Shown here: positions 58,217-64,000 of the stretch, one piece after another
How positions within the stretch are numbered: the first letter of the stretch is position 1
How the letters are laid out: every line of letters starts with the position of its first letter
NCBI GenBank assembly: GCA_964501355.1
Contig: CAZCSM010000003.1
Location: 1,660 to 65,659, forward strand
Origin: an uncultured Candidatus Saccharibacteria bacterium
GTDB lineage: Bacteria > Patescibacteriota > Dojkabacteria > CAZCSM01
Direction: 5' to 3'
DNA: 64,000 bases
Notes under the pieces: model-generated
What the model was told of the DNA's origin: nothing
Databases searched by the model: none
What the model saw: the letters and a program-made list of their open reading frames with translations, nothing else
Program-made: the position numbers and the translations under genes

Positions 58217-59236
58217 TTAGTCTTCAATTGTCTGTATTGGATTGGTAGCTGGATATATTATTGTTGCCGATACATCTTCACTTTGATTTGTAACTACATC
58301 TCCGGTCATAACAAATACAGGAACAAGAAGTGTTCCGGTTTCAGTTTCTTTTATCTGATATACTAAATTAAGATTAGTTATCTTCGTATATGTAATATTC
58401 CCCACAATTTCCGTTGGGTGGGAATGAAGTTCTTCTTGGCTAGTTGGTGATATTTCTAATGCGAGAATAGTGATTCGACCAAGTTCATTTATCTGTTTTA
58501 TTGACAAGCTTGAGAGTTCCTTTTTTGATAAGATATTAACGGAATCTATCTTATCTACATTTAAAATATCAAGATTCGAGACTTGGACAAAATACACCTG
58601 TAATTCACTATTAATGTCTACGCTGATTGGAATCGATAAACTTAGATCCTTGAATACTTCGTAATCATCTAATTTTCGATGACAAGTAAACTGGAAATAT
58701 GTTGTTTTTGATTCCGTTTTACATGTCAATTGTAGGTTGTCTACATCCAGTGCAAAAGTTTGTAGTAGAAAACTTTTGGCAATTTCGTTTGCTGAAGACT
58801 CTAGATTCATGTCCGCGCCTTGCTCTGCTTTATATTTCTTGCTGCCAAGTGTGTATTTTTTCACATCTTTTTCCTTTACAAATATCCAGTCATCGTTTTC
58901 CAATTCTTCATAATTTATATTTTGAACCTTTGGCGTTAGCATCAATGTTTTCTCTAGGTCCGTAAAATCGAATGGATTAGTTTGATAAATGCCCATTACT
59001 TGTGGTATTACCAAAGAGTCCGCATCATTAAATTCAATATTTCCCTTGAGATTTTCTTTTACGAGGTTATCACTTTTTTCTGAGATGTTAATATAATCCT
59101 CAATCTCGGATTGTTGTCTTAACTCTAAACCGTTATTTTTACGAGATTGAAGAAGCGTTATTGCAAGAATAAGCACCAATATACAATAACTAGAAATTAT
59201 TAGAATTTTTTGTTTTTGTGTTAAGTTTTTTAACAT
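58217..59236 (-). CDS. Membrane-anchored hypothetical protein
   Basis: N-terminal TM 'ILIISSYCILVLILAITLL'. Its start abuts the stop of the upstream giant ORF at 59236. Confidence 0.5.
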   Translation of the reverse strand: MLKNLTQKQKILIISSYCILVLILAITLLQSRKNNGLELRQQSEIEDYINISEKSDNLVKENLKGNIEFNDADSLVIPQVMGIYQTNPFDFTDLEKTLMLTPKVQNINYEELENDDWIFVKEKDVKKYTLGSKKYKAEQGADMNLESSANEIAKSFLLQTFALDVDNLQLTCKTESKTTYFQFTCHRKLDDYEVFKDLSLSIPISVDINSELQVYFVQVSNLDILNVDKIDSVNILSKKELSSLSIKQINELGRITILALEISPTSQEELHSHPTEIVGNITYTKITNLNLVYQIKETETGTLLVPVFVMTGDVVTNQSEDVSATIIYPATNPIQTIED

Positions 59237-62200
59237 TAGTAATTATAGCTATGATCCCAATTATTTTTTGCTGCTTGGCAATTTTGATCAATAAAGTCTA
59301 TTATTGCTTTGCATGGTGGCGTGCCTGTGTAAATTCCAAAGTGTAGATGCGGACCTGTCCACCAGGTTCCTTGCGCAACGCCATTCTTGGGATATAAACC
59401 AGTTCTTCCACCTGGGTTCTGATAACAAGTGTCGATAGTTGGATCTCCCATCGCACCGTCCCAAAGCCAACCAATGAGCTGTCCTTCTACAACGGTATCT
59501 CCAACTTTCAATTCCTTACCATTTACATAAAAATGATCAAATGAGTTAGTGTCAAATCCCAAGTGCCAATATGCATAATTTACACCACTATTATCAACGA
59601 TATCAACCACAAATCCACCATCAAAACAACCTCCTTCGCTTAATCTCCCCTCGTCCGTTAAATCCTTTGGACTTCGCAGCCTAGCAATTCTGCCATTGAC
59701 CGATGAATAGACTTCAGAATTTGCTGCTGCTGCAAAATCTATTGCACTCGTTGGGTGACAAGCTGCACTAGGTACACTATATGGTACATTTATCGGACAT
59801 TTTCCTCCTGGACCTGTTATGTTTCCATCTTTATCTATACAGACTGTATCTGAGTATGATAGTGTATCTCCACCATCAATTTGTCCAATTATCTTGCCCG
59901 TATTACACATCTTTTCACTAGGCATGGAGGATATCCAATCGGGAAAAGTTTTGCTGCTTGTATTAAATTTTATTTCAAGGTTGTTTTCTTCTCCGACGGC
60001 GAGGGTCTTCTCCTGTTGGGTGAGTGTTATAATGCTTTCGGCACGATTATCCGAGACTGTTTCTCCGTTAAGAATTTCGTAGGTTATATCATTTTGCATC
60101 GCGTTATCTTTGACTGAAAGCACATCTTCAAAGTGTATTGTCATATTTCTATTTTCGTCATCACTATTGCTGACATGTATTTTGTAAGTTATAGATTTTT
60201 TATCTGAGGAAAAGCCTGTTGTCGACTTGGAAAAATCTTTTATAGATGTTGGTATGTTTATTGTTCCTCCAGGACCCTCTGCATGTTCTCCGCTTCCTCC
60301 GCTTGCCATATACGTTGCTGATGCTAGTGATGAGTTCTGTACTGTTGAAAAAGTGAATACTCCTGCGAGGGCTAACATGAAAGCACCTGTTGCCACATCA
60401 GCAAGATCTCTGCTGAAAAGAAACTTAATTGCCTGGATAATATTCATTGCATTTCCGAGTATGTTCATTCCTGCGGCTATATTGGAGCTGATATTTTTAA
60501 ACATGTTGAGATTCTTCTCCATCCAGTTGCCGATCCAGCCACCAATTAACCCTCCGGGTATTGCGCCGACAATAGCTCCAATTATTGCACCGATTGCAGT
60601 TCCTAGAACTGGAAAGAGAGTGGTTCCAATGAAAGAACCTAGCAATACACCACCCGCAATTCCTCCAAGCGCACCACCAACCATTCCTCCTGCGATTCCT
60701 CCGATTGTTCCAAAGGCGAGCATTCCAACAATAGCTCCAACAATCATACCTATTTTGGCATAAGTTCCTATTGCTCCTCCAAAGACCGAATTTGCAAATC
60801 TTTTTGAAACGAAGTCAAGTAAGAACTTCCCTCCAGAAACCGCCGTATTGTAAATAGTGATTGCACCCTGTACCGCTCCGATAAGTGTAAATGCCGTACT
60901 TGCAAATGGTATTGCTCCTCCGAAATGTGCTTCCTTCCATTCATCCCATTCTTTCCCTCCTGCTTGAAATGCTTCAATACCGCTTTTAATTAAACCCATT
61001 CCAACTGCGACATTCACTCCTCCCATAAACATCGTGCCTGCGCCTTTCGCAACGCCTGATATCGCATTCATGGTTCCTTGCCATTTTGCCATACTGTGTT
61101 CAACCCAAGATGCTAAGTGTTCGTATCCAACAGAAACAACCATAGTTCCTCCGGCGGCAAGGGCTGCTGTAAATATATTTCCTGTTAACATATATACCAG
61201 ACCGAATACATTTGTCGCTCGTCCGAATCCTTTGAGCACACCTCGGATGTTTGCATGGTTAGAGAGGAATTTGGCAAGATTCCCACTTCGCATTTTATAT
61301 CCCATCTTCTCAACAGAGCCCACTTTTTCTATTACAGTAGCCTTTGTCTCATAGATAAGTCTTTCTAACCCAAAAGGTAATTTAGGAACTTTCGCCATAT
61401 TAGCACTCCCAAATATCTGTGCTGAATCAATGTGGCTTTTGTAAAGCAGCTTGCCTAGCGTATCTAACCCTTCAAACTTTGATGCAAAAAAATCATTGCT
61501 TGCAGCCAGTGAAGCGAAGTTCATTAGTCCATTAGGTACAGCTACCGCTGCTGCCGCAATTCCCATCATCCATGGACTATTAAAAGCTAGACCCACAATT
61601 GCTGCTGGTACTATGGATTGTCCTAACGTTTTGACAAGTGTTCCGCCAATTCCCCAACCGGTTTTTATCCAATTACCTAGGTTTCTTAATCCTTGTTGAG
61701 ATAGAACACCCCCTGTTTCAGGTAAGATTTTTGAATAAATGTTTTGTGGAATTTGAGCAAATCTTCGGACTTGTGTCGCAATTTGTGTAAATTGCTTTAC
61801 TCTTCCTACGACAAGGTCTCCAACCAGGTTGACCATAACACCCGTAGCCATACGAATAGCAATCTCGAAGATTCCCATTCGTTTCTTCTGTCGTTCGGAC
61901 TGAAAAATGCCTTTGAACACTCTTGGCTCCCAGATCTTCTTTTCATACTTTCCCGTCGCAGAATCGTACTTCCAAACTCTTATGTTTCTATTTCGCAAGA
62001 ATCTATCCAGTATTCCGGGCATTTGCTCGTTCCCGACAAGAAACTCAAATCCTGTTTCAACTGATTGTCCCAAGATGTACGCAGTTCTTGGAATCATCAT
62101 ATTTGTCATTGGATCATAGACAAACAGCGGTGCAAGCAAATTCTTCTTCATGAAGGTTTTTGCCATCTCCGCCAGTTGTTTAGGATCCAATTGTTTGAAT

Positions 62201-63810
62201 TTTGGCAATAGACTGTTTCTTTGATGTAGGATGCCATTAGTAACATCAAATGCTTGTCTCGCTCCGGGAATCATATTTAGCATCATGTTTCCGACAGAGT
62301 TGTAGTACCAGGTAACGGGGTAGGTCAGTGGGTCATTTGCAAACTGCTGAATTTGATTTCGAATAGCGATTGCCTGAGCCATATTCCCAGTTCGAACCTG
62401 GTATTCATAGGCGTCTTCAGCATCGAGGTAAACTGTACGGACGGTATTGCCCGGAGCTGCCATTTGAATTTTTATCCTAATGCCGTTAGGACCCCGGATT
62501 ATCTCCGCCTGATTGTTCGGAGCGTCGGAGAAACCGTCCTGCTTAAGGAACTTGCCGGCAAGGAATGCTCCCACATCTTCTGCGACACCATCAACGGCAT
62601 CTCGTATCTCTATCAGTTCTTGTGCTTTTGCTGCACCGTCTGCGCCGGAGGCTCTTAAATTTGCTATTTCAGTATCAAAATCTTCTTGGGTCATTGTTCC
62701 CCAATATTCCGGTGCAAAACCCCTGTCCTCATACGCTCTCCATCCTTTATAATACGCGTTGAATTCTTTTTCTCCCTCTTTTCCTTTGTAGGGCATTTCT
62801 ACTGCATGGAATCCATACTGAACGTACATGTTTCCGATTCCTCCTAAAACCATTCTTCTTGCATCTTCGACTGTGATTAGAGGCTTCTTATCATCATCTG
62901 CTAATTGTGCATTATTTGCTATTATTCGTGCATTTGTCGCTTCAAATGTAGCATAAATCAATCCCTTTAGGGCATCAAATTTTTGATTTCCTGTTTTCGG
63001 ATCAGTTGAATAACAGCCTGCAATTTGATCATCTGTAGCACCGAGGGCTCTCAGCATACTTACTTCATTGACGGCTGTTCCTAAATGTTTTCTAAAATAT
63101 TTCTCAAGTGTAGATGAATACTTCGCTGCCCAGTCTTTTGCTAAATCGCTTGCGAAAGAACTTCTTCTGGATTCTCCTTCTTTGTCTGCATAGAAGGCTT
63201 CATAGAGGCGGGCTTTTTTACGAACATCCTGCGATAGTTTGTTTCTAGCTCCTCCGACACTTTGGCCTTCTAACTCAAGTACTCCTCCAAGTTTTTTCCC
63301 TAGTCCGTAAATATCATTGAATATCATATTTCCTCGTACGGCTGCGGCAAAAGCTTCCCTTGCCAATTCCGCATTCTCTCTGTCTAACGCCGCAATGGTT
63401 CCTCCTCCCTTTGTTTTTGTATCAACTAAACCACTCATGTCTTTGTGGGTAGTTCGTGCGAATATTTTATCTTCTGATATCCTCCCATCGCCATCAAGAA
63501 GAGTTGTTCCGCTTACTTCAACGGTTTCCTTTTTTCCGGTAATTGGATCAATTATGTATTGAGGTATTGTTGAATATTGTAGTACTAGGAATTGACCCTC
63601 TATGGTCATATTCCAGGGTTTTCTTTCTGCGCCCTTTGAACCGGCAGATCGAAACTTTTGACTACAGTTGCGAGCCATCGTTGGCTTAGTTTCAAGCCTT
63701 GTAATAAAGTCAACCTCTTCTGGTGTTGGTTCTTTTGGAAGAGGGGTTGTAGGTCCTTTCTTTGATCCGGCAGGAAGTACGGGTGCTGCTGGCAATACAG
63801 GAATAAACAC
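59236..63810 (-). CDS. Giant (1524 aa) multi-pass Gly-zipper membrane protein with a C-terminal M23 (LytM-type) metallopeptidase domain; tape-measure-like or secretion-apparatus-like
   Basis: C-terminal 'YAYWHLGFD...GDTVVEGQLIGW...GPHLHFGIYTG' carries the M23 HxH / HLH motifs. The central ~400 aa consist of GxxxG/AxxxG glycine-zipper TM segments ('GGIAGGMVGGALGGIAGGVLLGSFIG...'). The N-terminal ~700 aa are helical and soluble. Confidence 0.7.
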   Translation of the reverse strand: MFIPVLPAAPVLPAGSKKGPTTPLPKEPTPEEVDFITRLETKPTMARNCSQKFRSAGSKGAERKPWNMTIEGQFLVLQYSTIPQYIIDPITGKKETVEVSGTTLLDGDGRISEDKIFARTTHKDMSGLVDTKTKGGGTIAALDRENAELAREAFAAAVRGNMIFNDIYGLGKKLGGVLELEGQSVGGARNKLSQDVRKKARLYEAFYADKEGESRRSSFASDLAKDWAAKYSSTLEKYFRKHLGTAVNEVSMLRALGATDDQIAGCYSTDPKTGNQKFDALKGLIYATFEATNARIIANNAQLADDDKKPLITVEDARRMVLGGIGNMYVQYGFHAVEMPYKGKEGEKEFNAYYKGWRAYEDRGFAPEYWGTMTQEDFDTEIANLRASGADGAAKAQELIEIRDAVDGVAEDVGAFLAGKFLKQDGFSDAPNNQAEIIRGPNGIRIKIQMAAPGNTVRTVYLDAEDAYEYQVRTGNMAQAIAIRNQIQQFANDPLTYPVTWYYNSVGNMMLNMIPGARQAFDVTNGILHQRNSLLPKFKQLDPKQLAEMAKTFMKKNLLAPLFVYDPMTNMMIPRTAYILGQSVETGFEFLVGNEQMPGILDRFLRNRNIRVWKYDSATGKYEKKIWEPRVFKGIFQSERQKKRMGIFEIAIRMATGVMVNLVGDLVVGRVKQFTQIATQVRRFAQIPQNIYSKILPETGGVLSQQGLRNLGNWIKTGWGIGGTLVKTLGQSIVPAAIVGLAFNSPWMMGIAAAAVAVPNGLMNFASLAASNDFFASKFEGLDTLGKLLYKSHIDSAQIFGSANMAKVPKLPFGLERLIYETKATVIEKVGSVEKMGYKMRSGNLAKFLSNHANIRGVLKGFGRATNVFGLVYMLTGNIFTAALAAGGTMVVSVGYEHLASWVEHSMAKWQGTMNAISGVAKGAGTMFMGGVNVAVGMGLIKSGIEAFQAGGKEWDEWKEAHFGGAIPFASTAFTLIGAVQGAITIYNTAVSGGKFLLDFVSKRFANSVFGGAIGTYAKIGMIVGAIVGMLAFGTIGGIAGGMVGGALGGIAGGVLLGSFIGTTLFPVLGTAIGAIIGAIVGAIPGGLIGGWIGNWMEKNLNMFKNISSNIAAGMNILGNAMNIIQAIKFLFSRDLADVATGAFMLALAGVFTFSTVQNSSLASATYMASGGSGEHAEGPGGTINIPTSIKDFSKSTTGFSSDKKSITYKIHVSNSDDENRNMTIHFEDVLSVKDNAMQNDITYEILNGETVSDNRAESIITLTQQEKTLAVGEENNLEIKFNTSSKTFPDWISSMPSEKMCNTGKIIGQIDGGDTLSYSDTVCIDKDGNITGPGGKCPINVPYSVPSAACHPTSAIDFAAAANSEVYSSVNGRIARLRSPKDLTDEGRLSEGGCFDGGFVVDIVDNSGVNYAYWHLGFDTNSFDHFYVNGKELKVGDTVVEGQLIGWLWDGAMGDPTIDTCYQNPGGRTGLYPKNGVAQGTWWTGPHLHFGIYTGTPPCKAIIDFIDQNCQAAKNNWDHSYNY

Positions 63811-64000
63811 TCTCTCTTCTTTCCAGGTTTCCTCTTTAAGTTTTTGCTGGAAAGATGCCCTAATTAGGTCAATATTTCTTTTTGTATATTTTGACTGTAC
63901 AAGATTTTCTGCATGTTCCTGTACGAATCGCCCTCCGCTTGTTCTTGGATTTTCTCTCCAGATAGAGTCGAGGACATCGACGATCTTTTTATTATTCGGG

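Noticed and set aside
60227-62762. Plus-strand ORFs (Pro/Ala/Ile-rich, for example 60227-60763) inside the 1524-aa minus-strand gene
   Set aside because: They are antisense translations of the glycine-zipper region (GGN codons read as Pro/Ala on the opposite strand).
1-64000. Looked for CRISPR arrays, cas genes, restriction-modification, toxin-antitoxin pairs or other canonical defence modules
   Set aside because: None were found. The only regularly spaced repeats are short satellite-like AT-rich tracts and hairpin families, without spacer-like unique intervals.

Overview
This is a low-GC (~38%) bacterial segment with a gene-poor, repeat-rich layout typical of CPR/Patescibacteria-like genomes, although I cannot confirm that from sequence alone. 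Recognisable core genes are hrcA-grpE-dnaK (with a CIRCE-like operator), lepA, rpsT, an RNase HI-like gene, tgt, queA, fmt, a reduced RNase P RNA, tRNA-Ser(GGA) and comM. argS carries an N-terminal B3/4 domain and sits behind a T-box-like leader. Other annotatable content is an ABC exporter pair, a P-type ATPase and an envelope-polysaccharide set (Wzz-like, LCP, GT2, NTP-transferase). The accessory content is large. There is a complete diversity-generating retroelement at 23.1-26.1 kb: a DUF1566/C-type-lectin-fold target with a C-terminal VR, a TR showing adenine-specific differences, avd, and an RT with the IGxxxSQ motif. Its TR is oriented convergently to avd-RT, and the whole island sits between two ~150-bp direct repeats. 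A five-gene surface-protein cluster on the minus strand (14.0-18.9 kb) resembles Gram-positive WxL/Csc clusters; an Avd-like four-helix-bundle ORF is inserted in frame at the 5' end of one of its genes. A structured intergenic element family occurs in four full copies plus one mini copy and shows compensatory base changes in a long stem. Several palindromic MITE-like families are present, one of which sits in frame inside argS. Three giant proteins are present: a LamG/FN3 protein over 2370 aa, a 1524-aa Gly-zipper protein with a C-terminal M23 peptidase, and a 498-aa Cys-rich repeat protein. All calls rest on reading the supplied translations and sequence by eye, without database searches.
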